Positions 1 through 9,586 of a stretch of 64,000 nt of DNA are shown here, piece by piece. How positions within the stretch are numbered: the stretch's first letter is position 1; every line of letters starts with the position of its first letter. Position numbers and translations under genes: made by a program. Below the pieces are notes generated by a model that saw only the letters and a list, made by a program, of their open reading frames with translations, searched no databases and was not told the origin of the DNA. Origin of the DNA: Gammaproteobacteria bacterium (GTDB lineage Bacteria; Pseudomonadota; Gammaproteobacteria; Steroidobacterales; UBA11654). The stretch spans positions 6,320-70,319 of the forward strand of contig JAQWSZ010000049.1 in NCBI GenBank assembly GCA_029242945.1. Direction: 5' to 3'.

Positions 1-1
1 G

Positions 2-142
2 TTAATAAAAGATCAAAGCATTGTTGGAATCATAACAAGAAAAGACTTAGCTCAATTGACTGTTGAGTGTATTTTAAAGAGTCAGTGTTTCAATAATATC
101 TATCATGCATACGATTCATCTTTAGGGACTGCAATCGAATAA
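2..142 (+). CDS. C-terminal fragment of a gene that starts upstream of the window (product unknown; tail vaguely resembles NAD(P)-binding NmrA/SDR-type oxidoreductases)
   Basis: Frame 2 is open from the window edge to TAA at 140-142 (LIKDQSIVGIITRKDLAQLTVECILKS...GTAIE*). The next gene starts 2 nt later. Confidence 0.3.
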   Translation, partial: LIKDQSIVGIITRKDLAQLTVECILKSQCFNNIYHAYDSSLGTAIE

Positions 143-144
143 CA

Positions 145-1689
145 ATGCCAATAAAACGAAGAGAATTATTAAAGGCAACAATCTTAGGATCAGGTGCTGC
201 TATCAGCACAATAAACTCAAAAAATAGCGCTGCTCATGAAGTAAACACTCAAGCTGATGTGTTAATTATAGGTGCTGGGAATGCAGGCATTCCAGCTGCT
301 ATTCAAGCATCAGATATGGGAGCAAAGGTTATTTTGATTGATAAAAATTCATTTGTTGGAGGTATGTTAATTATTTCAGGTGGGCATATCAGCGGTGCCA
401 ATGCCAAAATTCAAATGCGAAAAAACATCAAAGACTCTTACGAAAAACATTATCAGGATGCAATGCGTATTGGAAAATACAAGGCTAATTCAGAGCTTTT
501 AGCATTGGCTACTGAGCATGCTGCTTCGATGATAGATTGGCTTGAAGAGATAGGAGTTGAATTCACTGATGAATCACCAATCTTGGTTGATGATCATGAT
601 CATTATTCAGTACCAAGAACCTATGTGGGAACTAACCTAGCTCGCTCATTACTTTTACCACTAAAAAAAGAACTGGACAAAAGAATTAAGAGAGGTGATT
701 TAGAATTAAGATTAAATACAAAGGTTTTAAGTTTAATTCAAAGTAAAAATAAAAAAATTATTGGAGTGCAAGTTAAAAATACAAATGGTGAAATCCTAGA
801 TATTTTAGCAAAAACAGTAATCCTTGCATCAGGAGGCTATGGTGCAAATAAAGAGATGCAAAAAAAATACAACCCTAAAGTAGTATCAGCAAAATATGTA
901 GGACTTCCTCATGCCACAGGTGATGGTATTAATATGGCAAAACAAGTTGGTGCTCGCCTTTCAAATATGGATCATTTAATTTCATATCCTGGTACTGTTT
1001 TCAATCTAAAAGGAGTCCCCACAGAAATCTCAACACGATTACAATATCCTCCGCAACATTTTACTAAAAGCATATGGGTTAATAAAAAAGGAGACAGATT
1101 TGTCAATGAGCACACTACGCCCGATAATCGAGAGGTTGCTTTTCTTTCACAAGAAGAATTATTTTTCTATGTCTTATTTGATGACAATATCCGACTAGAG
1201 AACAATTCATTAGACATTAGAAATTGGACTCCAAAACAAATGGATGAAGTTATAAACCAAGGAAATCTAATAGTAAAAGCGAATTCAATTAACGAGTTAG
1301 CAAAAAAAATTAATATAAATACAAAAAATTTATCAAAGACGATAGCTAAATATAATGAGAATATAGACTCAAATAAAAGTGATGAGTTTGATAGAAAAAG
1401 AGAACGTTTAAAGATCACAAAAGCACCCTATTATGCTTTTGGTGTTGGAGGGAGTGTTTTAACCACTCATGGTGGAATCTCTGTTAATTCCTCATTGGAG
1501 GTTATAGATAAAAACGCTAGAGTAATTCCTGGATTATATGCTGTAGGAGAAGTTATGGGAAATGGTCATCTTATGGGTAAAAGTGTGGTCAGTGGAATGA
1601 GTGTTGGACCTGCGATAACTTTTGGGAGGATTGCTGCTAAAACAGCATTTCGTTATGCTCAGTGCTTTAATGACAGCGAAAACGATTAA
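145..1689 (+). CDS. Tat-signal FAD-dependent oxidoreductase, soluble fumarate reductase/KstD-like flavoprotein family
   Basis: N-terminal twin-arginine motif KRRELLK followed by a hydrophobic stretch. Dinucleotide-binding fold VLIIGAGNAGIPAA. C-terminal TTHGGI and PGLYAVGE motifs typical of FAD_binding_2 flavoproteins. Confidence 0.8.
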   Translation: MPIKRRELLKATILGSGAAISTINSKNSAAHEVNTQADVLIIGAGNAGIPAAIQASDMGAKVILIDKNSFVGGMLIISGGHISGANAKIQMRKNIKDSYEKHYQDAMRIGKYKANSELLALATEHAASMIDWLEEIGVEFTDESPILVDDHDHYSVPRTYVGTNLARSLLLPLKKELDKRIKRGDLELRLNTKVLSLIQSKNKKIIGVQVKNTNGEILDILAKTVILASGGYGANKEMQKKYNPKVVSAKYVGLPHATGDGINMAKQVGARLSNMDHLISYPGTVFNLKGVPTEISTRLQYPPQHFTKSIWVNKKGDRFVNEHTTPDNREVAFLSQEELFFYVLFDDNIRLENNSLDIRNWTPKQMDEVINQGNLIVKANSINELAKKININTKNLSKTIAKYNENIDSNKSDEFDRKRERLKITKAPYYAFGVGGSVLTTHGGISVNSSLEVIDKNARVIPGLYAVGEVMGNGHLMGKSVVSGMSVGPAITFGRIAAKTAFRYAQCFNDSEND

Positions 1690-1743
1690 AGAATTAATAT
1701 TATTAAAGTTTTAAAATAACTTTAGTTATAAGGAGAGATTTAT

Positions 1744-2700
1744 ATGAAACAAGCTAAGCAGTTTGTAAAAAATTATTTTTTGATATCACTTATTAGCCTT
1801 TTTATTACCAGTGTTGCAATTGCCAATACAGCCATTCAAATTATTGACGTTAATCAATTACCATGGGATGAAAGGTTTCGAATGGGTAATAAAGGGACGA
1901 CTAATGGAAAATTACTATTCTCCTTAAAAAATGGTGGCACCCTTTTATATGTAAAATTCAACCCAGGCTGGAATGCTGATGGGACCGAAGCACACTACCA
2001 TACCTTTCATGAATGGGGCTATGTTTTGGATGGAGACTTTCCACTCTATGAGTTTGTTAGCCCAAACCAAAAAAAAGGGACTCTTATGAATATGAGGCCA
2101 GGAACTTTTATGGATCGTCCAGCTTTCAGTATTCATGGCAATCGAGCAAGCACAATGGAAAAACAAATTGTAACCCCTGGATCAACTCAATTAATATTCT
2201 ATGAAACTGGAAAAACAGTTTCATTAAATCCATTAAATCGCTCCCACAGTGATGAATGGAAATTAGTGGAAGAATTCTTTTCAGCAAATTTTCAACACAC
2301 AGCTGATACTAATATTATGGAGTGGGAAGAAGATGAAATGCTACCAGGTGTCTTTGTTAAATGGTTAAGTGATCATACAGCAAAAGGATTCACTGCAAAA
2401 CTTAGGTATGCACCTGCCGGCTGGGCACACCCAAAGAAAAATCTACAAAGCTACAATAAGGAAGGTTATCGATTCTTATATATTTTATCGGGGGATATGA
2501 ATGTAGTTGTAAATAATGACGATGCAATTAAAAAAATAGAAGCAACAAAAGACTTCTTTATCAATCAACCGCCGATGAGTATATGGAATTGGGGAGATAA
2601 TGAATTAACAAAATCTGGAGTGACTTGGCTGGAAGTTCAATATGGTAAAGGAACAACCATAGGGAATGGTCCCATCTTTCCATCTTCAATAATAAAATAA
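1744..2700 (+). CDS. Secreted cupin-like protein (possibly bicupin), function unknown
   Basis: AAGGAGAG ribosome-binding site upstream. Sec-type signal (hydrophobic N-terminus ending VAIANTA). HYHTFHEWGYVLDG resembles cupin motif 1. A second cupin-like segment is YRFLYILSGDMNV. Confidence 0.55.
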   Translation: MKQAKQFVKNYFLISLISLFITSVAIANTAIQIIDVNQLPWDERFRMGNKGTTNGKLLFSLKNGGTLLYVKFNPGWNADGTEAHYHTFHEWGYVLDGDFPLYEFVSPNQKKGTLMNMRPGTFMDRPAFSIHGNRASTMEKQIVTPGSTQLIFYETGKTVSLNPLNRSHSDEWKLVEEFFSANFQHTADTNIMEWEEDEMLPGVFVKWLSDHTAKGFTAKLRYAPAGWAHPKKNLQSYNKEGYRFLYILSGDMNVVVNNDDAIKKIEATKDFFINQPPMSIWNWGDNELTKSGVTWLEVQYGKGTTIGNGPIFPSSIIK

Positions 2701-2720
2701 CATTAAATTTATTAGTTTCT

Positions 2721-2740
2721 TATTTATCATTTGATTAATA
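2721..2740. promoter_or_regulatory. Putative operator, copy A of the TATTTATCA-NN-TGATAAATA palindrome
   Basis: tatttatcaTTtgattaata. Ends 58 nt upstream of the ATG of the BBE-like oxidase gene. Confidence 0.6.
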
Positions 2741-2797
2741 AGAAATTTAGTTTTATTATTACTCGATAATCCAATAGACAATGAGGATAATATTGAT

Positions 2798-4288
2798 ATG
2801 AAAAGAAGAGAATTTATTACTTCATCTACCGTTGCAGCTTCAACAATTCTTTTTCCTTCATGGAAGGGCTTTACTGCTGAAAGTCTAATTCCTTCAGAAT
2901 TATTGGCAATTAAAGGCAATAGAGAAAACTTCATAATAAAAGGAACAGATGTAGCAAACTTTAGGAATAGTCTTAAAGGTAAACTTCTTCTCAAAGATGA
3001 CTATGGCTATGAGGTAGCAAGGCTTGTTAGAAATAGAATTATTGATAAAAAACCTGCAATGATTGCACAGTGTGTGGATGAAAGTGATATACAAAAAGCT
3101 GTAAATTTTGCTAGAGATCATAGTTTATTAACAGCAGTAAAATGTGGTGGGCACAGTGTTTCAGGTAAAGGCACTTGTGACCAAGGTTTAATAATAGATT
3201 TATCACCTTTCAAAGGTTCTAGATTAGACAAAAAAAATAAAAGACTTTTCGTTAAGGGCGGCTCTTGGTTGGGTGAAGTTGATGCAGCTACCATTCCTCA
3301 TGGCCTGGGCACAACTGCTGGTACTGTTTCACATACCGGTGTAGGTGGCCTTGCAACAGGAGGTGGATTTGGCAGACTAGGAAGAAAATATGGTCTAACG
3401 ATTGATAACATCAAAAGTATTGAGATCATAAATGCAGATGGCGAACTGAGATATGCTGATGAAACACATAATCCAGATCTTTTATGGGCAGTTAAAGGTG
3501 GTGGCGGAAATTTTGGGATCGTAACTACATTTGAGTTTCAGCTTTACGAAATGAATAAGGATGTTATTGGTGGTCGAATCACATTTGACTTTTCAGATGT
3601 GAAACAGCTACTTAAATTTCATGGTGAACACTCTCTTGAATCATCAAACGAGATGTACCAAGATCCAGTCATTTTTGCACCTCCCGGCGGATTCGGCAAT
3701 ACAGTTTATTTTGATGTATGTTATTCAGGGCCACATAAAATGGCAGATAAAGCTTATGCGCCCCTAAGAAAAGCAGGAAAAGTAATACATGATGATATAG
3801 ACATTATTGATTACAGAGCTCTTCAGAAAAGTGGTGATGATAATGATCCGAGAGGACGATCTCAATATTTAAAAGGTGGTTTTACTAACGAAATCTCAGA
3901 TGGTTTGATTGACGCATTGGTAGGAAATTTAGAAGCCCATCCTGAAAGAGGCAGCATGGCATTCTTTCAGCAATCTGGTGGAAAAATAAATACAGTTGCG
4001 ACGGATGCAACAGCTTTTCCTCACAGATATGCACAGCAAAATTTAATTACAGGATCTTTCTGGCTGGAAGGAGTAGAGACAGCTCCACATATTGCCTGGT
4101 CAAGAAAATATTGGAAAAAAGTCTCTCCATATACAGATGGCTTTTATACAGTTGATGAATTTTCTGAAACTGCAGCAGAAGTGAATTCAAATTACCTAGG
4201 TAATTATGAAAAACTTGTAGAAATAAAGAATAAATATGATCCCACCAATTTATTCAGATTAAATGCAAATATCAAACCAACTGTTTAG
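2798..4288 (+). CDS. Tat-signal FAD-linked oxidase, PCMH/berberine-bridge-enzyme-like
   Basis: Twin-arginine motif MKRREFIT. FAD-binding segment AVKCGGHSVSGKG...GLIIDLS. C-terminal BBE-type tail NYLGNYEKLVEIKNKYDPTNLFRLNANIKP. Confidence 0.85.
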   Translation: MKRREFITSSTVAASTILFPSWKGFTAESLIPSELLAIKGNRENFIIKGTDVANFRNSLKGKLLLKDDYGYEVARLVRNRIIDKKPAMIAQCVDESDIQKAVNFARDHSLLTAVKCGGHSVSGKGTCDQGLIIDLSPFKGSRLDKKNKRLFVKGGSWLGEVDAATIPHGLGTTAGTVSHTGVGGLATGGGFGRLGRKYGLTIDNIKSIEIINADGELRYADETHNPDLLWAVKGGGGNFGIVTTFEFQLYEMNKDVIGGRITFDFSDVKQLLKFHGEHSLESSNEMYQDPVIFAPPGGFGNTVYFDVCYSGPHKMADKAYAPLRKAGKVIHDDIDIIDYRALQKSGDDNDPRGRSQYLKGGFTNEISDGLIDALVGNLEAHPERGSMAFFQQSGGKINTVATDATAFPHRYAQQNLITGSFWLEGVETAPHIAWSRKYWKKVSPYTDGFYTVDEFSETAAEVNSNYLGNYEKLVEIKNKYDPTNLFRLNANIKPTV

Positions 4289-4355
4289 TCTATAATTTAA
4301 ACCATAATTTAATTGAACCTTTGATATTAGGAGTAAAGGCAGAAATTAAAGTAAA

Positions 4356-5234
4356 TTAGGTTTGAGGCTCCCTCTGATCTTTGTAGGCTTGAAATGTACC
4401 TGTTCTTTTTTTCCAAGGTTTCTCTGATTCAAAGTAACCGGGTGATTCTTTTTCAATATAATTGATCAATACTGGAGGTACATCTTCCACTAAATTTTCA
4501 ACCTTCTTTCCAACAGCCTGCCAATAATGACCACCAGGTCTTTGTCCCATAAGAAAGAAAGGATACCAACTTGTATTATGAGTAGATGTTATTGTCATCG
4601 GAATACTATCTAGATCAGGATTGCTCAGATCAGATATTTTTCCATGATAGGTTTCAACATAAAGGAAGCTCAATTTATCTCCTGTGGATGCCTTTTTCCA
4701 AATCTTTGGATCAAGCTTATTCGCAAAATTTAAATAAGCAGGTTCTTCCAACCACAGTTCATCGCCTCTTGACTTGAATGGCCTTAAAGTGGGCTTGATA
4801 ACTCGATCAAATGGTCCACCAATAATCTTGACTGGTCGATTGATCTCACCTGTAAAAGGATTTTCAAATTCTTCAACTGGCCCTCCAGTCTCAAGATCCA
4901 TAAAATATCCACAATCATAAAGCGTGTAGTAGAAACTATTATCAAACCAAGGCTTCCAGACACCTTTCAAAACACCCGTATGTCCAATCATTGGCTTAAC
5001 ACCTTGCTCTGGTGTCATTCCAAATATGGTTCCTTTGTAGTAAATGTGCACCATACTCCTAGCAGAAGTGCCCACTAATTTAGCGTAAGCTAGAGCATTT
5101 TGTATTGGATCATTAAAATCAACCTTTTGATGAATAGAATGAAGTCCTTGTGCTGATACTAAATGCGGTGTAGCTGCTATAGCACCAATACCACCAATTA
5201 ATTCTCTTCTATTTATGTATTTTTTTATTGGCAT
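4356..5234 (-). CDS. Tat-signal protein of unknown function, paralog 1 of 3 in this window (possibly DUF1838-type; family name not verifiable here)
   Basis: NRRELIGGIGAIAATPHLVSA-QG is a Tat signal with an AxA-like cleavage site. Shares YAKLVGT...MVH...GTIF, WYPFF and YWQAVG blocks with 5239..6018, and more distantly with 27565..28554. Confidence 0.75.
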   Translation of the reverse strand: MPIKKYINRRELIGGIGAIAATPHLVSAQGLHSIHQKVDFNDPIQNALAYAKLVGTSARSMVHIYYKGTIFGMTPEQGVKPMIGHTGVLKGVWKPWFDNSFYYTLYDCGYFMDLETGGPVEEFENPFTGEINRPVKIIGGPFDRVIKPTLRPFKSRGDELWLEEPAYLNFANKLDPKIWKKASTGDKLSFLYVETYHGKISDLSNPDLDSIPMTITSTHNTSWYPFFLMGQRPGGHYWQAVGKKVENLVEDVPPVLINYIEKESPGYFESEKPWKKRTGTFQAYKDQREPQT

Positions 5235-5238
5235 TATA

Positions 5239-6018
5239 TTATTTACTGTTTTTTCTAAAATTCTTCAATGTACTTGTTGTTTCTGACCAAGGATTTGTTG
5301 ACTCAAAATAATTATCTGATTGTTGGTTTAAAAAATTCTTCATCGTCTCAGGGACATCCGACCAAGATTGTATTTTATTTCCTACTGCCTGCCAGTACAT
5401 ATTTCCATCGACGTCATCCATATCAAAGAATGGATACCATGGACTCAAATAATTATAGGTCATTATTGATGATGCTATGGTAGTTGAGTCATTCAACTCT
5501 GAGAGCTTTCCTTTAAAAATAACATTCGCAAATGAGGTCTGTTTTTTTTGTTCACCTGATTCTGAATTACCAAAGTATCCCTTTCTAGTTTTAGGTTCTT
5601 GAATCCATATATCATCCCCTGAAACAACCCAATCAAGTTGGTTCGGTTTAATAATAGACTCATAAGGTCCACCTTTTATATATGACAGTTGATTTTCTTT
5701 TTTTGTAATTGGATTTTGAAAAATCTCGATATGATTTTTAGAATCTAATGAATGAAAAAAACCAGATTCAAATAACGTATAGCGAAAAGAATCCTGCTCC
5801 AACTTTTCCCACACACCTTTTAAAATCGCCTGAAACCCTATAAATGGTATAGGCCCACCTGGTAAATATGCAAAAATCGTTCCTTCTAGACTGTAATGGA
5901 CCATTGCTTTATCAGCAGTACCTACAAGCTTTGCATAAGCATATGTGCTATCGATTGATTTACTTAAATCAAGTCTGTTTTTCGTATAGTTACCTGTTAA
6001 TAAATCTCTTCGATCCAT
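5239..6018 (-). CDS. Paralog 2 of the same unknown family; keeps an RR motif but lacks the hydrophobic signal core
   Basis: Starts MDRRDLLTGNYTKNRLDLSK, then aligns with paralog 1 (YAYAKLVGT, WYPFFDM, YWQAVGNK). Sits 4 nt downstream of... correction: its stop lies 4 nt upstream (in transcription order it precedes paralog 1). It starts only 9 nt after the upstream gene stop, so there is no room for a longer N-terminus. Confidence 0.75.
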   Translation of the reverse strand: MDRRDLLTGNYTKNRLDLSKSIDSTYAYAKLVGTADKAMVHYSLEGTIFAYLPGGPIPFIGFQAILKGVWEKLEQDSFRYTLFESGFFHSLDSKNHIEIFQNPITKKENQLSYIKGGPYESIIKPNQLDWVVSGDDIWIQEPKTRKGYFGNSESGEQKKQTSFANVIFKGKLSELNDSTTIASSIMTYNYLSPWYPFFDMDDVDGNMYWQAVGNKIQSWSDVPETMKNFLNQQSDNYFESTNPWSETTSTLKNFRKNSK

Positions 6019-6027
6019 TTTTTAATC

Positions 6028-6597
6028 CTAAAATTGACAATAATCCTCTTTTTCAACTAAATCAAAAACAAAGGTAAATTTGGCTACCCCTATAAGCACT
6101 GCCATAATCATTCCAAGCTCATAGAGTTCGCCATCATTAAAATCTGATTTTAATTTTTCATACAATGATTGATCTAATACACCTTTATTATTAGTTAGAA
6201 CCATTTGATCTGCTAGCTCTAATGCTCCTTTCTCTCTTGTGGTAAAAGGACCATTCTTATAATCATTCAATGAACTAATTTGCTCTTTTGTCACTCCAGA
6301 TTCTAGTGCATGGACGGTATCGCCTTTATTGCAAAATGCACAACCATGAACATTGGCTAATCTCAGTCTTACCAATTCTACCAAAGTTTTCTCAAAGCGA
6401 CCTGAATAGAAAAGCTTTTTATAAAAATCCTTAAAATACCACTCATAAACTTCAGGATTATTACCTGAAACTTCAACAAATGTTGCATCGCCTGTCAGCT
6501 CTACTGCCTGATCCCATCCCTGTTTCATATTGTCAGGTAAGTACTCTCGCTCTACCTTCTTTATCTGTGGTTGTGGTTTAGACATGATTATTCTCAT
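6028..6597 (-). CDS. Carboxymuconolactone decarboxylase/AhpD-like family protein
   Basis: About 190-aa helical protein with an HGCAFC (CxxC-type) motif, characteristic of the CMD/AhpD fold. The start may instead be the internal Met (MSKPQ) 4 codons downstream. Confidence 0.6.
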   Translation of the reverse strand: MRIIMSKPQPQIKKVEREYLPDNMKQGWDQAVELTGDATFVEVSGNNPEVYEWYFKDFYKKLFYSGRFEKTLVELVRLRLANVHGCAFCNKGDTVHALESGVTKEQISSLNDYKNGPFTTREKGALELADQMVLTNNKGVLDQSLYEKLKSDFNDGELYELGMIMAVLIGVAKFTFVFDLVEKEDYCQF

Positions 6598-6639
6598 TGA
6601 TTATGAAATCTAACCTTATAACAACAACCTTCATAATGT

Positions 6640-7512
6640 CTACGATGCTTTTCTATTATTTTTTAACATCTCTTCAGTTTGAGGCTTCATTGGTTTATTA
6701 AAATGATGAATAACATCTTGAGTTAAACCTTTTCTATTGAGTGTATAGAGATGGAAGTTATCAATCCCTTCCTTTTGTAAATTTTCAATTTGATCAATAG
6801 CAATGCTCTGCCCTAGCTCTTGGATACCCAATGCATCATTATCACTGATTGCGTCATATTTTTGTTGTAGTGATTGTGGAATGTTTGCACCACATACTGC
6901 TGCAAATTTTTTAACTTTCTCAAAGTCGCTTATCGGTAATATACCAGCTGAGATAGGGGTATCTATGCCGAAAGCACTAACATTATCTCGATACATCAAA
7001 AAATCTTTATTGCTGAAGAACCATTGTGTAATTATCTCATCTATACCTATGAGGCATTTTTCTTTCAAATAGCCCATGTCCTTTTCTAGACTAACTGACT
7101 CAGGATGACCCTCTGGGTATCCTGCAGTCAATAATCGAAAATTGAATTGATCTGAAAGAGCTTGGGTAAACTCTTTAGCATCAGTATATCTATCCAGATC
7201 ATCATGATTCTTAGAATCTCCTCTTAAAGCTACCACTGACTCTAATCCTAGATTGTGATAATCATGAGCCATTGAGAGGATATCGTCTTTTGAATATTTA
7301 GCGCAAGTCATATGAGGTATAACTGGTGTATTAATTCTTGATGTGATTTCTTCTGCCATTTCTAATGTGTTGTTATGTCCTTCAACATTGAAACTATGCG
7401 TGATACTCATATACTTCGGCTGATACATAGACATACTCTCAGCTTGAGCAATAAGATCAAGCTTTTCGGATTCCACTTGAGGTGGAAAGTATTCAAGAGA
7501 GAATGAGACCAT
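6640..7512 (-). CDS. metF: Methylenetetrahydrofolate reductase homolog
   Basis: 290 aa. N-terminal FSLEYFPP and the PHMTC and ALRGD blocks are typical of MetF/MTHFR. First gene of a minus-strand operon with the CMD-like gene and paralogs 2 and 1. Confidence 0.7.
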   Translation of the reverse strand: MVSFSLEYFPPQVESEKLDLIAQAESMSMYQPKYMSITHSFNVEGHNNTLEMAEEITSRINTPVIPHMTCAKYSKDDILSMAHDYHNLGLESVVALRGDSKNHDDLDRYTDAKEFTQALSDQFNFRLLTAGYPEGHPESVSLEKDMGYLKEKCLIGIDEIITQWFFSNKDFLMYRDNVSAFGIDTPISAGILPISDFEKVKKFAAVCGANIPQSLQQKYDAISDNDALGIQELGQSIAIDQIENLQKEGIDNFHLYTLNRKGLTQDVIHHFNKPMKPQTEEMLKNNRKAS

Positions 7513-7524
7513 ATAATTATTTAC

Positions 7525-7544
7525 TATTTATCATTTGATAAATA
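7525..7544. promoter_or_regulatory. Putative operator, copy B1 (perfect 9-2-9 inverted repeat)
   Basis: tatttatcaTTtgataaata, in the 88-nt divergent region between the metF-like operon and the acetoacetyl-CoA synthetase operon. Confidence 0.65.
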
Positions 7545-7564
7545 AGCATTATAATATCTCTCTT

Positions 7565-7584
7565 TAATTTATCAACTGATTAAC
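7565..7584. promoter_or_regulatory. Putative operator, copy B2 (weaker)
   Basis: taatttatcaACtgattaac, in the same divergent region 40 nt from B1. Core ATTTATCA-NN-TGATTAA. Confidence 0.45.
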
Positions 7585-7600
7585 ACATACTTTATTCAAT

Positions 7601-9547
7601 ATGTCAGAACAACCTCATTTAAATTGGCAACCTAACAATCAGGATACAACTCTACTCTCTGAATTTATTTATTATCTAGAGAAGAATAAAGATCTCAGTT
7701 TTGATGACTATGAGCAATTGCATTCTTGGTCAATCAATCAAGCTGAAGAGTTTTGGAGTTCTTTTGCAAAATACTCCAATATAAATTTTACAACTGCACC
7801 TATAACAACACTGAATAAAGCTGACCATATCATGAATGATGAATGGTTCTCAGGCGCATCATTAAACTTTGCCCATCACCTACTCCAAAGGCAAGACAAT
7901 CAAGCCGCTATTATCTATCGAGATGAAACAGGAAAACGAATGGAGATGAGTCATCAAGAACTTTATAGCTCTGTCGCTAATTTATCTGGTTCACTCAAAG
8001 AAATGGGTGTCAAAAAAGGCGATGTGGTTGCTGCAGTGATGACTAATAGACCTGAGACAGTAGTAGCTATGCTCGCTACTTCTAGCATCGGTGCTATATG
8101 GACTTCTTGCTCTCCTGATTTTGGTACAGAGGGGGTTATTGATCGTATTGGTCAGGTTAAACCTAAAATATTATTCACCACTGATGGCTACCAATATGGA
8201 GGAAAGCATTTTGACCTGACTGAGAATATATTAACTCTTGAAAAGAAGCTGGATAGCCTGAATAAAATTATCTTAATTCACGAAAAAGAATCCAAAGAGA
8301 TCGGGCAATTGGTCAATACAATTAACTATGAGGAATGTCTACTTGAAGAACATAATCTAGAATTTGTATCGTTGCCTTTTAACCACCCACTTTTCATAAT
8401 GTATTCCTCTGGAACAACAGGGAAACCAAAATGCATAATACATGGTGCTGGAGGAACTCTTCTGCAACATCTAAAAGAACATCGCTTGCATACAAATATA
8501 AGAAAAAATGATCGTGTTTTCTTTTTTACTACTTGTGGTTGGATGATGTGGAATTGGTTAATCAGCGCATTAGCCAGTGAAGCAACCATCATACTTTATG
8601 AAGGCTCTCCACTCTATCCAGATACTAATCATTTATGGAGCATTGCTGAAGAAGAAAAAATTAATGTCTTTGGTATCAGCCCTGGATACTTAAGTTCGCT
8701 AATGAATCAAGAGCATAAACCAAAAAATTATAATAATTTAAGTGCTATTAATACTATTTTATCCACTGGATCTCCTTTGCTAATGGATCATTTCGAATAC
8801 ATTAATAACTCTGTAAAAGATGATGTGCAAATTTCAAGCATTTCTGGTGGAACCGATATTATTTCATGTTTTGCTTTAGGCAATGCAAATCAACCAGTAT
8901 ATAAAGGAGAAATTCAGTCAATAGGATTAGGTATGGCTGTCAAAGTTTTTGATGATTTAGGAAAGGAAGTGAAAAAAGATGAGAAAGGTGAGTTAGTATG
9001 CACCCAATCCTTTCCCTCCATGCCAATAGGATTCTTTGGTGACCCTAAAAAAGAAAAATACAAGGATACTTATTTTGATAAATATAATAATGTTTGGGCG
9101 CATGGAGATTATGCCACAATCACTAAAAATAATGGTCTCATTATCTTTGGTAGATCAGACACGACACTCAACGCTGGTGGGGTAAGAATTGGTACTGCTG
9201 AAATTTATAGACAATTGGAAAAATTCCCTACTATACTCCAATCGGTTGTCATTGATGAGATCGATGGCAATAACTCTTTTGTATCTCTTTTTGTAGTTCT
9301 AAAAGAAGGTGTATTTTTGACTCAAGACTTAATCAATAAGATAAAAAAAGAGCTTAAGCTAAAAGCAAGCCCTAGACATGTTCCTAAAAAAATAACATCT
9401 GTTCCTGATATTCCAAAGACAAGAAGTGGAAAGATTTCAGAACTATCAGTGAAAGCAGCAATTAATGGAAATGTAATAAAAAATATAGAGGCTCTTGATA
9501 ATCCTCATTCTTTAGATTTTTATAGAAAAATTAGGAAACAAAACTGA
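7601..9547 (+). CDS. Acetoacetate-CoA ligase (acetoacetyl-CoA synthetase) family
   Basis: 648 aa. AMP-binding motif YSSGTTGKPKCIIHGAGG. Length and C-terminal PKTRSGKI are typical of acetoacetyl-CoA synthetases. Confidence 0.8.
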   Translation: MSEQPHLNWQPNNQDTTLLSEFIYYLEKNKDLSFDDYEQLHSWSINQAEEFWSSFAKYSNINFTTAPITTLNKADHIMNDEWFSGASLNFAHHLLQRQDNQAAIIYRDETGKRMEMSHQELYSSVANLSGSLKEMGVKKGDVVAAVMTNRPETVVAMLATSSIGAIWTSCSPDFGTEGVIDRIGQVKPKILFTTDGYQYGGKHFDLTENILTLEKKLDSLNKIILIHEKESKEIGQLVNTINYEECLLEEHNLEFVSLPFNHPLFIMYSSGTTGKPKCIIHGAGGTLLQHLKEHRLHTNIRKNDRVFFFTTCGWMMWNWLISALASEATIILYEGSPLYPDTNHLWSIAEEEKINVFGISPGYLSSLMNQEHKPKNYNNLSAINTILSTGSPLLMDHFEYINNSVKDDVQISSISGGTDIISCFALGNANQPVYKGEIQSIGLGMAVKVFDDLGKEVKKDEKGELVCTQSFPSMPIGFFGDPKKEKYKDTYFDKYNNVWAHGDYATITKNNGLIIFGRSDTTLNAGGVRIGTAEIYRQLEKFPTILQSVVIDEIDGNNSFVSLFVVLKEGVFLTQDLINKIKKELKLKASPRHVPKKITSVPDIPKTRSGKISELSVKAAINGNVIKNIEALDNPHSLDFYRKIRKQN

Positions 9548-9586
9548 CATAAAATGAAATGAATTTAATAGTAAAATAAAGATAAT

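Noticed and set aside
7525-7544. Reading the TATTTATCA-NN-TGATAAATA palindrome as a Fur box or another global iron/metal box.
   Set aside because: The Fur consensus (GATAATGATAATCATTATC, with TGATAAT-n-ATTATCA cores) has the half-sites in the opposite orientation and with different spacing. None of the downstream genes is iron-related, and the copies are confined to this catabolic locus.
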